A stretch of DNA of 64,000 bases from Methanothermococcus sp. Ax23 (lineage in GTDB: Archaea; AGJL01; Methanococci; Methanococcales; Methanococcaceae), in the NCBI RefSeq assembly GCF_049075655.1, contig NZ_CP157522.1, forward strand, positions 1,216,001 through 1,280,000. Direction: 5' to 3'. Below are positions 22,003-32,380 of the stretch, one piece after another. Within the stretch, counting starts at the first letter, position 1, and every line of letters starts with the position of its first letter. The notes beneath the pieces were generated by a model that did no database searches, was not told the origin of the DNA, and worked only from the letters and a program-made list of their open reading frames with translations. The position numbers and the translations under genes are program-made.

Positions 22003-23049
22003 TTATTCAATAGGGAATCTTAATATTGCCCCTATTCCACCAAGACCTTTTAATTGTTTTCCTGCGTCGTGTTCTGTGGAAATAATTACTGTTTTTCCAC
22101 CGATACTCTCAACCGAATTTACCATATCTTCAATCTTTTTTCTATTTTTTCTCAAAAACTCATCGGTTATAAGGAGCGTCTCTATTGCAGAGTAGTTTAA
22201 AGCATTTTTAACATCGTCAATTCCATAAACTGCAAGACCCTTTTTTGAAATCTCTTCTAAAAGTTTATTTACAAGCTGAGTTTCTTTACTTAGTCTTGCC
22301 TGACCATATATTCTGTCAATTATTCCAGATTTTAAAACTTCACTAAGCCCCAGTCTTCCAGTATGGTTTGTAGATTCAAATATAGCTCTTTGATAGATAT
22401 CTTTGTATTTTTCAGATAAATATTTTTGAAAATTATTTTTCCCAAATCCAGGACCTGCAACAAGAATTTTACCATCGTATGGACTTAATACATCGACTAT
22501 TTCATTATAGTAGCTGAATTTCTCCTGTTCTTGCCGTTTATAATCCAATTTTTTTGATAGACCTGATTTTATATGTGCCACTTCCTTTGCACCATACTCC
22601 CTAATTAAAAATACATTGGCTTCATTTTCATCCATAATAACTACTACGACCTTTGGCTTTTTTGCAGAATCTTCCGCATCTTTCAATCTCTCCAAATCCC
22701 ATCTCTTCCAATTTTTTTGAATAGATACTTCTGTGAGCGGTTCTATATCTATAGTATGGTAGGAACCCAATGGAACATCATCAGGACCGTGTATTATCTT
22801 GCCGCTCACTCTCAATCTATTTGTATCCTCGTGGAAATTTATTTTTTCTGCCTTAATACCTAAATACACTCTTCTTTTTGCTCCCCTATCTGCCCTTAAT
22901 TTATCTCCTTTATCTTCAACCCTACGTTCTGTCATGGCAGAAACTGCATTATTTTTTTCAATGATATTGTAAAGATGCCAGAGGTCATCTAAATTCTCAG
23001 GCATTACTTTAATTATATTTTTTTCAGGAATTTCCTTAATAATTTTCAT
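22003..23049 (-). CDS. pelA: Pelota/Dom34 ribosome rescue factor
   Basis: PENLDDLWHL, YHTIDI, AGPGF, GGIGAILRF. Confidence 0.95.
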   Translation of the reverse strand: MKIIKEIPEKNIIKVMPENLDDLWHLYNIIEKNNAVSAMTERRVEDKGDKLRADRGAKRRVYLGIKAEKINFHEDTNRLRVSGKIIHGPDDVPLGSYHTIDIEPLTEVSIQKNWKRWDLERLKDAEDSAKKPKVVVVIMDENEANVFLIREYGAKEVAHIKSGLSKKLDYKRQEQEKFSYYNEIVDVLSPYDGKILVAGPGFGKNNFQKYLSEKYKDIYQRAIFESTNHTGRLGLSEVLKSGIIDRIYGQARLSKETQLVNKLLEEISKKGLAVYGIDDVKNALNYSAIETLLITDEFLRKNRKKIEDMVNSVESIGGKTVIISTEHDAGKQLKGLGGIGAILRFPIE

Positions 23050-23127
23050 AATACCTAACCTTAAATTGTTATATACAATATAGTAGCATAATAAAATTAC
23101 TTAAAAACTTAATAAAAACTTATTTAC

Positions 23128-23532
23128 TTACTCAATAAATGAGAGCTCACCATCTTCAAGAATATTTATTATGAATGGCTTCTTAACGATTCTTTTGTCA
23201 ATATTATCTTTCGCATTTTTATGTATTAAATCAAGTATTTCCAATGAACTGTAATTTACATGGATATCATTTTCATCAGAGGTTTTAAATACCATCTTCG
23301 GAATATCAAAAACATCAACGCCTTCTTTGACAACTAATTTTACAGGAGCCATTATATCGTTGTAAATCCTTAATGTGTTCCTTGCTTTTTCTACATTTTC
23401 CTTTGCTCTTTTTTCTATCATGCTAATATTCGCCCTACTGGTATTCATCATTGTCGCGATTTCTTCCTGAGTTAATCCTTTTTTCCTTAATTTTAATACT
23501 TTTATTTGGGTGTCTGTTAAAAACGATTCCAT
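23128..23532 (-). CDS. tfx: Tfx-family DNA-binding protein
   Basis: [36 protein letters not shown]; likely start MESFLT. Confidence 0.88.
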   Translation of the reverse strand: MESFLTDTQIKVLKLRKKGLTQEEIATMMNTSRANISMIEKRAKENVEKARNTLRIYNDIMAPVKLVVKEGVDVFDIPKMVFKTSDENDIHVNYSSLEILDLIHKNAKDNIDKRIVKKPFIINILEDGELSFIE

Positions 23533-23696
23533 AAAATCCCCCGGCATATTTTTTAAATATATGGTATATAAATTATAGAATTATTTTTTAAATATAATAT
23601 TATATATTAGTTTAACAATAAAAATGTGTCTTTATCGCTAAAAATATATGATAAAAAATAATATTATGTATTAATTCTTGGCAATATGGTGGATTA

Positions 23697-24602
<906 letters not shown>

Positions 24603-24896
24603 TCATTAAACTTAGTTTCAAGGTTGTAAAATTATAAAAACTCTTATTTATTTTTAAAATTTTTTAAATACTTGATAATATTGGTTAAAGATATATAAGT
24701 TAAAAAACCAACTGACAAACATAACAATATAACCCATTATTTTAAATTATTTTCTATTTTCTATTTATTGATTATTTCATTATTAAAATTATTAATTAAA
24801 TACTTATTCTACAAAGGAAATAATATTATAAATACTTTAAAAATTATCCATCATAAATATAATTAAAATTATTGTAAAAAATTAAAAAGTGAAAAT

Positions 24897-26054
24897 ATGT
24901 ATGATTTTATCATAATTGGTTCAGGTATTGGCGGAAGCACCGTATTTAAGGAGTTAAATAATAAACACCCTGATAAAAAGATACTGCTACTTGAAAAAGG
25001 AGATGAGCCCAAGTATGTTGCAGAAGGAAATGATGTGCAAGTTTTATATCTAAATTCCCTTGGCGGTTCTGCACTATATTCTGTTGGAAATGCCATTAGA
25101 ATTGATTTAAAATATATAGGCATTAAAGAAGATATCTATGATGAGATTGAAAAAGAACTAAATGTTAATCCTGTCCCCATGGATTTTATCAATGAAACTA
25201 CAAAAAAATTATTTGATTATGGATTTAAACAAACTCCAAAATACATAAACTTCAATAAATGCAACTCCTGTGGGATGTGTGCAAGTAGATTATGCCATGC
25301 AAAATGGACACCGCGGGATTTTTTAAAGCAATACAAAAACAGCATGATACTACATAATTTTGAAGTTTTAAATATTAAAAAAGAAAATGAATTATTTTTT
25401 GTTGAAGGATTTAACAGCAAAAATAATAAAAAAATGATATTTAAGGGAAAAACTGTCATAGTTTCAGCAGGGGGAGTTAATTCCCCAAGAATATTAAGTT
25501 CAATATTGGATAACGAACATCTTGGAAAAAACCTTTTTGTAGATACATTCATTACAGTTGGAGGATTTTTAGAAGGCGCAAATTTAAACAAGTCTGTCCC
25601 TATGTCAGTTTATAGAAAATATAATGGTTTTCTTCTTTCACCCCATTATTCAATATTATTATATGATGAAATAAAAAAAGAAAATAAAGATATAAAAAAC
25701 AACGATGTATTTGGTCTAATGATTAAAATAAAGGACGAAAATAATGGAGTAGTTGGAAAAGATTATGTATATAAAAACATAACAGAAAAGGATGAAGAAC
25801 TACTGTCAAAAGGATTTAAAGAGGCATTAAATATACTGTCAGATATTGGAGTAAATAATATGTACAAAACCATTCCAAGAGGTTCTCATCCATCAGGAAC
25901 TTGTGCCGTTGGAAAGGTAGTAAATAAAGATTTTGAAACTGAAATAGATGGTTTGTTTGTCTGTGATGCATCGGTATTTCCAGAATCTCTCGGACTACCG
26001 CCAATTCTTGGAATAATTGCAATTGGTAAAAAATTGGCAAATTGCTTGCAGTAA
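24897..26054 (+). CDS. GMC-family FAD oxidoreductase with Cys cluster
   Basis: GSGIGG, CNSCGMCASRLC, HPSGTC, DASVFP...PP. Confidence 0.8.
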   Translation: MYDFIIIGSGIGGSTVFKELNNKHPDKKILLLEKGDEPKYVAEGNDVQVLYLNSLGGSALYSVGNAIRIDLKYIGIKEDIYDEIEKELNVNPVPMDFINETTKKLFDYGFKQTPKYINFNKCNSCGMCASRLCHAKWTPRDFLKQYKNSMILHNFEVLNIKKENELFFVEGFNSKNNKKMIFKGKTVIVSAGGVNSPRILSSILDNEHLGKNLFVDTFITVGGFLEGANLNKSVPMSVYRKYNGFLLSPHYSILLYDEIKKENKDIKNNDVFGLMIKIKDENNGVVGKDYVYKNITEKDEELLSKGFKEALNILSDIGVNNMYKTIPRGSHPSGTCAVGKVVNKDFETEIDGLFVCDASVFPESLGLPPILGIIAIGKKLANCLQ

Positions 26055-26075
26055 TTTAAAATTAAAATTTATTTT

Positions 26076-27059
26076 TTAGAGATATTTTTTTATATTTTCA
26101 ACGATATTATCAATAAATTCATCCAAATTTATACCTTTTACAACATCGGCAACTGGAATATTTAGTTTATATGATATATCATTCAGTAAATCTTTAAAAT
26201 CTTTTTCATTTAAATTTAAATTTTTGCTGTTTATAGTAATCCCAATTACCTTTTTACCACTTAATAATTCTATGATATTTATATTCCTTTTTATGTCCTC
26301 AATATCAACAGTATTTGATGCAAGTATAATATAATCAGGCTTTGAACCAAGAAGAATGGATAAACTAATAACTCCTCCCCCTCTTCCCGTTCCAACCTCT
26401 AATGGATTTGAAAATATCCCGGTTTGCCCAGATACAATTATTAAATCTTTATTTTTTAAATCAACTTTTTTAACAGCCCCAAATATTGTAGATGCAACAT
26501 GGCATGTAGGGATAAGTTGTGGAATTACCATTTCGTCAATACCGCATAATTTTGCCTGGGGCTCTGTTCCAACAGTGCCGATTTCAAAATATTTTTCGAG
26601 CTCTCTTTTTAATACCATGGATGTGGTAAATTTTCCACTTCTTCTACTGGTGCCCATGATGGTAATTACTTTTGATTTAATACCATTTATTCCCATTTCT
26701 GCATATTTTTTAAAGTCATCAAATGAATTAGGATTTGAGCAGTCGAAAAATTCAATATTATATCTTTTGGCGATATGTAGGAGCTCCCTATAATCATTTA
26801 TTCTATAAAGCCTTGCCATATTGTATATGTTTTTTCCCTTTTTCATCTCATGAATTATAGTTTCTTTCCAGATTTCAACCTCTGATGGTTCAAGAATTTC
26901 CTTTGTCCAAATGAATGTGTCATAATTGTAGTTATCACCCAAACTGCTGTTGCGGTCATGGTCTATACATCCATATCCTGTTATAGATATGTTGGCAAAT
27001 TTTTCTAATCCGTCTGAAACTTTGTTTTTATGAGATAATTTTGCCGCTTTTATAATCAT
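26076..27059 (-). CDS. DUF1611-family P-loop protein
   Basis: MGTSRRSGKFTT, GTEPQ, GQTG, LLGSKPD. Confidence 0.75.
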   Translation of the reverse strand: MIIKAAKLSHKNKVSDGLEKFANISITGYGCIDHDRNSSLGDNYNYDTFIWTKEILEPSEVEIWKETIIHEMKKGKNIYNMARLYRINDYRELLHIAKRYNIEFFDCSNPNSFDDFKKYAEMGINGIKSKVITIMGTSRRSGKFTTSMVLKRELEKYFEIGTVGTEPQAKLCGIDEMVIPQLIPTCHVASTIFGAVKKVDLKNKDLIIVSGQTGIFSNPLEVGTGRGGGVISLSILLGSKPDYIILASNTVDIEDIKRNINIIELLSGKKVIGITINSKNLNLNEKDFKDLLNDISYKLNIPVADVVKGINLDEFIDNIVENIKKYL

Positions 27060-27245
27060 ACCATCCCTTGTATAGTTTTAACAAATTATATACTCATTTA
27101 TTTATATTTTTTGTTGAACTCTAATCAAATAATATTAATCATATATAAACTTTTTCATTTACATCAAATAGGATATTTAATAAATTTAATTTAATATAAT
27201 TTACATTATTCTAAGGTTATATCTTTATAATAAAGGAGGGAATTT

Positions 27246-27668
27246 ATGAAAGATTATTTAGTTAATATCAAGATTAATGATATTATGGCAAAAGATGTTA
27301 TTTATACTCATCCAGATACTGGCGTGGTTAAGGCATTTGAAACTCTTTTAAAGTATAAAATAAGCTGCTTACCTGTTGTAGATGGCGATAAAAAAGTTAT
27401 TGGTATTATTACTACTACTGACATAGGTTATAATCTAATACTTGATGAATACACCCTTGACACAAGAGTTAGTGATGTTATGACAAGGGATGTAATATCA
27501 ATAACCCCCAATGAATCCATAATGGATGCCATAAAAAAGATGGATGAATATGGACATAAGGGCGAAATAATAAATCAGCTCCCGGTAGTGGATGAAAATA
27601 ATAGATTAGTTGGAGTTATATCCGATGGTGATATAATCAGAGCTCTATCTAAATTTTTAAAAAAATAA
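27246..27668 (+). CDS. CBS-pair protein
   Basis: Two CBS domains ([21 protein letters not shown]). Confidence 0.9.
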   Translation: MKDYLVNIKINDIMAKDVIYTHPDTGVVKAFETLLKYKISCLPVVDGDKKVIGIITTTDIGYNLILDEYTLDTRVSDVMTRDVISITPNESIMDAIKKMDEYGHKGEIINQLPVVDENNRLVGVISDGDIIRALSKFLKK

Positions 27669-27692
27669 TTAAAAAATATAAAAAATAATTTT

Positions 27693-28850
27693 TTATTCAG
27701 TATAGGTAATACCTTCTGCTTCAAGAGCCTTTTTTATCATTACATACTGTATTGATACAGGCAATGGATGACCTATTTTTACCTGTTTTCCTTCCTTATG
27801 CTGTTCTTTTATCCAATTTACAAACTCATCCCAATTATTTACTGGAATATCGCTTCTTACAACAACCGCTGAACCTTCACCGTGCAATGCACTTATGATT
27901 TTTGCCTTTGTTCCTTTGTCAATAGCGAATACTGCTGGTGGAACTCCGTTGAATCCTACATCAACCTGGTTTTGAGCCATTAATGTCATTATTTTTGCTC
28001 CACCTTCTGAAACTTGTATTAATTCGACATTTGCTATTTTTTTGCCGTTTTCGTATAATTCATATTGTTTTTTAGGTGTTATTTCTTTTAGATATATATT
28101 GTATTTATTTTTAAACAATTCTGGATATTTCGCCGCAACAAACAATGCTGCATGGTGGTCTGTTGGTAAATATGCAACTTTTAATGTTGGAACTTCACCA
28201 GATACTTCTGGTGTGATATTTTCATTTATTTCATTTGTTATTTCGCTGTAAGGTTTAAAATCAAACAACACATTTTTAATTTTTTCCCTATCGGAAATGT
28301 TTAATTTACCACTAAGGGAGTTTTGAGAATTCAAAACTTCTACAAATTCCACTGTTCCATTTATTATAGTATTTGGGTCTGTGAAGTATTTTATATTTGG
28401 AATGGATAGTTCTTCAACTTCTTTATCAACACCAAGCCAGTTTGCACTTGCATCTACTGCAAGGGTTTTATTGTTGTTTATTTCATTTGTTGAAAGAACC
28501 ATTAATTTTAGGAGCTCATCCACTGCAAGTTTTTTATTATTTAATGCATCATCTGATGCTACAATAACACAGCAAGGATGGTTTTTCCACATGCCATTTG
28601 GTGGTAAATCTTGGCTATATATGATAGGCTTTCCTATATTTTTTGTTTTTAGAATTTCTGGCGTAGGTTCCCATGCAATTACTGCATCAAGTTCTTTTGT
28701 GCTGAGAAGCTGGGGCATTGAGCCCTGACCTTTACAATTCACAAGCTTTACCATTGCAGTTTCTGATGAAGTTTTATCATCAACACATCCACTGAACATG
28801 ACCGCTCCAAGAACCGCCAAGCCCACAAATAAAACTGCTAATTTTTTAAT
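27693..28850 (-). CDS. ABC transporter substrate-binding lipoprotein (SsuA/NMT1-like), apparently circularly permuted
   Basis: Lipobox FSGC; WEP, HPCC and AYLPTDHH motifs; in-frame ATT at 28850 directly after GAGGTGAT (track start is GTG 28826). Confidence 0.8.
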   Translation of the reverse strand: MKKLAVLFVGLAVLGAVMFSGCVDDKTSSETAMVKLVNCKGQGSMPQLLSTKELDAVIAWEPTPEILKTKNIGKPIIYSQDLPPNGMWKNHPCCVIVASDDALNNKKLAVDELLKLMVLSTNEINNNKTLAVDASANWLGVDKEVEELSIPNIKYFTDPNTIINGTVEFVEVLNSQNSLSGKLNISDREKIKNVLFDFKPYSEITNEINENITPEVSGEVPTLKVAYLPTDHHAALFVAAKYPELFKNKYNIYLKEITPKKQYELYENGKKIANVELIQVSEGGAKIMTLMAQNQVDVGFNGVPPAVFAIDKGTKAKIISALHGEGSAVVVRSDIPVNNWDEFVNWIKEQHKEGKQVKIGHPLPVSIQYVMIKKALEAEGITYTE

Positions 28851-29104
28851 ATTATCACCTCTTAATGAAATTTTAATATATGTAGAAATTATAATAATAT
28901 ATATAAGTTATGATTTTTTTATGAAAATAATAATATAATTTCTTAAAATAAAATATGACTACATATAATACATAAATAAAGATATTTATATTCTCTACAA
29001 TTTACTATAAGAAAAAATAAAAAATCAAATAAATAGATGATTATATAATAAAATATATAATAAATACCTAATAAAAACATATAATAAAATAGATAAAAAA
29101 GTTA

Positions 29105-30247
29105 TTATTCTTTCTCTAGACTATACATTGGCGGGAGCTCATCATCCACACCAGGAACAAATCCAACTGTATCTCTATACCTCAACTGCATTCTATGATA
29201 AATATACGCCACTGGAATCTCCATTGGACATACGTCTTCACACTGACCGCAGTTTATACAGCTGAAACTCATGTGGGACAGTCTGATGCCTTGGAACATT
29301 ACCGGGTCAGGTGGAATCTCTCCTTTATCCATGTAATCTTCATTTAAAGCACACTCCCTACAAAAGCATATTGGGCAGGCATCCCTGCAACCGTAGCATT
29401 TTATGCACCTGTTCCAATACTCCTTCCATTTTTCAATGGAAGGGTATTTCTCTTCAAGCTGTTCCTTTTGAGCAGATTTAGCAAGGTTAATCATAATTTT
29501 TTCAATCTTTTCCCTAATCTTAATGCCCTTTTCAGAAGGGGTTTTGACCTTAATATATCCTTCTTTTTCAGCATTTTCAATTAACTCCCTTCCTTTTTCT
29601 GAACACACTTCAACAAAAGTCCATCCATCTTCTGCTCCCCAGTTTCCACAGGCAATATCTGCATTTCTTGGAATCTTTAATTCACATCTCTGGCAGTTTT
29701 TTCTCCTTCCAAATCCTTTCTCTTCTAAATCGTGTATTTTAATAGCTTTATGGGTCCCATCCTTTAATTCTATTATGAATTTACCACTATCTATCTCTTC
29801 CTTGACAACATCCTCAGGATTTACGCCGTAAAACATCTCTATCATTTTCATGGCAGTAATTGGTGGAATTGTTCCACCGCAGTTTAAACCTATTGTGTAG
29901 ATATTATCCTTATCTATCTGGTGTCTTTTTTGGAGCTCCTTTATAGCCATGGCATCACATGGCTTTACAGCTACGGCTAATTTTAAATCATTTAAATATT
30001 TGCTTATAATATTTCCAAAGTTTGTTGGAGCACAATGTAGAGAACCACATGTTTGGATGAGCTCCTCTGAGCTTTTTACAAGGGTGGGTATTCCATCATA
30101 AACATCTTCTCCCTTTTTTAGGGCTAAAACTCCATCAACAAGTTCTTTATCTAACAGATATTTGAATAATGAAGATACTGCCCCACCACATTCAGCATGT
30201 TTTAATATGATCTCATCTGTTGATTGGATTAAAAGGTATTTATCCAT
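29105..30247 (-). CDS. FdhB-like F420-binding subunit (ElpB/FlpB-like)
   Basis: ECGGAV, GSLHCAP, KPCD, IGLNCGG, CQRC and two C-terminal 4Fe-4S motifs. Confidence 0.88.
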   Translation of the reverse strand: MDKYLLIQSTDEIILKHAECGGAVSSLFKYLLDKELVDGVLALKKGEDVYDGIPTLVKSSEELIQTCGSLHCAPTNFGNIISKYLNDLKLAVAVKPCDAMAIKELQKRHQIDKDNIYTIGLNCGGTIPPITAMKMIEMFYGVNPEDVVKEEIDSGKFIIELKDGTHKAIKIHDLEEKGFGRRKNCQRCELKIPRNADIACGNWGAEDGWTFVEVCSEKGRELIENAEKEGYIKVKTPSEKGIKIREKIEKIMINLAKSAQKEQLEEKYPSIEKWKEYWNRCIKCYGCRDACPICFCRECALNEDYMDKGEIPPDPVMFQGIRLSHMSFSCINCGQCEDVCPMEIPVAYIYHRMQLRYRDTVGFVPGVDDELPPMYSLEKE

Positions 30248-30277
30248 ATTTGCATCACCACCTTATTTTATTTTTTA

Positions 30278-31765
30278 TTACTCTTTTAAATCAAGTCCCA
30301 TTTTTTCTGCCAGTTTTACAATTATTTCATTATCTGGTATGGCATCTCCTGGAGCTCCTACTATCTTATTTATCTTTTGAGTCTTCCCCTCTGTATTTGT
30401 AAAGGTTCCATCCTTTTCAGCCCAGCATGATGCTGGAAGAACAACATTAGAAAGATTACATGTTTCATTCATTATTATACTTTGAGTAATCAAAAAATCA
30501 AGAGATTTTAATACATCCCCATTACACATTGCGGGATTTTCTCCCATTATGTATAAGCATTTAACATTTTTGATTAATTCAAGTAGTTCGTCCTTATTCA
30601 ATGGTGGAAGTAGTTTCATTGCACCCATTGTGTTGCAATGTTTTAAAACTGGAAGTAATTTACATTTTGTTTTTTCTGAGATACTATAAACCAAATCTAT
30701 ATCTTCTTGGTTTGTCAATTTATTAAATATTATTATGGAGTTCTCATCAAGTTTTTTTAGGATTTCTTCATCCATGTTCTTCAAAAATTCAGAGAAATTG
30801 TTTATTTTTATAAACTTATCAGAATTTAATCTAATAATGTCTTTTTCTTCATAATTTACAGAAACTATTTCAGCCCCATTTTCCTTTGCTTTAATTACCC
30901 TCCTTCCAATTAAAGAACTCTCCCCAAACACATCACTAAGAATTAAAATAAATTTGCTATTTTCAATATCATCAAAAGATGCTATACTCTTATCCAAATC
31001 AATTTTTGGAGAACCACATATGCAAACTCCAATGTTTTTTACGATAAACCGCCGAGAAAGCCAACGATTTTAATCGTTATACAAAACATAGTTTTGTAAA
31101 ATCTCTTACGAGATTGGATGAGAGGCGGACATTATAATTAGTCAGTAGTAAAACATAAATATTTGAAGTTTCATAGTGAATAATGCTACCAGTCCAAGTA
31201 TCTATGGGTAGGGTTAGTAAAAACTCTACCGCTGGTAGTGGTTGGAAGTGCATAGCGTAGCCCTGAACCCATTAATGGGTAGGGGTAGTGGGCTTGGCCA
31301 CCCTTGTAGGGTTAAACCCTGCTAAAATTAGACGAAATCACTTCGTGATTTCGTTGCTCGCTTACTACCGTAAGCGAGAACCCCACGACTTCAGTCGTGG
31401 GAGTAGGTCAGACCAAGTGCATCTGCAAATTTTTTCAAGGCGTAATTGTCTTCATTCGTGCATATTCCAGAACCTATAATACCAATTTCATCTGGTTTGT
31501 AGGACTTTAATTTATTAGATACCAAATTCAGTGCATCATCCCAGCTTGATTCAACAAATTTTCCATTTTTCTTTATTAATGGTGTCTTTAATCTCTTTTC
31601 ATCATTTACAATTTTATAACATTCTCTTCCATTGTTGCAGTTTTTTCCTTCATTTATGGGATGCCTCTTGTTTGGATAGGTTCCTATGACTTTTCCATCT
31701 TTTGTTATTAAATCTACTCCACAACCAACACTGCATCCGGGACATATCGTGTGCATAATCTTCAT
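30278..31765 (-). pseudogene. Short FdhA-like protein (ElpA/FlpA-like), interrupted by an IS605 MITE
   Basis: N-part [17 protein letters not shown] (31412-31765) plus C-part (30278-31042). Removing 31043-31411 restores ...ADALG|VKNIGVCICGSPKID... as a 372-aa ORF. Confidence 0.88.
31043..31411 (+). mobile_element. Non-autonomous IS200/IS605 MITE (369 bp)
   Basis: Inserted after TTTAC with no TSD. First ~90 bp match the left end at 62852; right-end hairpin CCCACGAC-TTCA-GTCGTGGG ends in GGTCAG; 31191-31233 matches tnpB 63467-63509 (36/43). Confidence 0.92.
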
Positions 31766-31828
31766 TGTTTCACCGTCTTTTTCTTTTTTTGGTTTTATAT
31801 TCCGAGCTCCCACTCCCATTATCAATAA

Positions 31829-32239
31829 TCACATTGCAACTTTGGGATATGTTTTCACTATTTGATGGGAAGTATGGGTGGTTCCAATATGAGCTCCTTT
31901 TGTTAAGTTTATAATATTCACCATAATTTGAAATGCGTTATCAAGTATTGATTGCGAAACTTCCTTTGAAACCTTATTATCCTTTTGATGCATGCTACAT
32001 TCCACAATCCCTTCAACAACAAATGTTGCTGGAAATTCACCCTCTACTTTCAGATTACAAATATATTCCAATGAATCATCGTCCATTTTTTTGTAATCTA
32101 TCTTCCAATTGGTATTCAGCTCCAAATCACCTTTTTTTGGATTTTCTTTTGGTCTTATAAATCTTACTTTTTCAATATATATTTTCGTACTAATACTTGC
32201 CACCATATTACTAACTCTATTGATATCACCCCTCATCAT
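31829..32239 (-). CDS. Hypothetical protein, FlpE-like
   Basis: 136 aa, beta-rich, directly upstream of the fdhA/fdhB-like pair; the FlpE assignment is from memory and context. Confidence 0.5.
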   Translation of the reverse strand: MMRGDINRVSNMVASISTKIYIEKVRFIRPKENPKKGDLELNTNWKIDYKKMDDDSLEYICNLKVEGEFPATFVVEGIVECSMHQKDNKVSKEVSQSILDNAFQIMVNIINLTKGAHIGTTHTSHQIVKTYPKVAM

Positions 32240-32326
32240 TATATATAAAATTTATTATTTTCTTCCAATTTTTATTATTATAATAATATAAATATTTAAA
32301 AAGTATTACTAAGTATCTAAAAAATA

Positions 32327-32352
32327 AAGGAAGTCCCACAAGGGACTTCCTT
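32327..32352 (-). other. Perfect 11-bp hairpin in the fwdB 3' UTR
   Basis: AAGGAAGTCCC-TTGT-GGGACTTCCTT about 30 nt after the fwdB stop. Confidence 0.7.
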
Positions 32353-32380
32353 AATATTATATTTAATTAAAATTAATAAA

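Noticed and set aside
31288-31479. 63-aa ORF on the plus strand
   Set aside because: It spans the MITE right end and antisense elpA, so it is an artefact of the insertion.
31766-31831. The flpE-like TGA stop is in frame with elpA with no intervening stop, suggesting Sec readthrough fusion
   Set aside because: elpA has its own GGTGA RBS and ATG, the linker looks intergenic, there is no Cys/Sec motif context and no intact SECIS; chance is sufficient.
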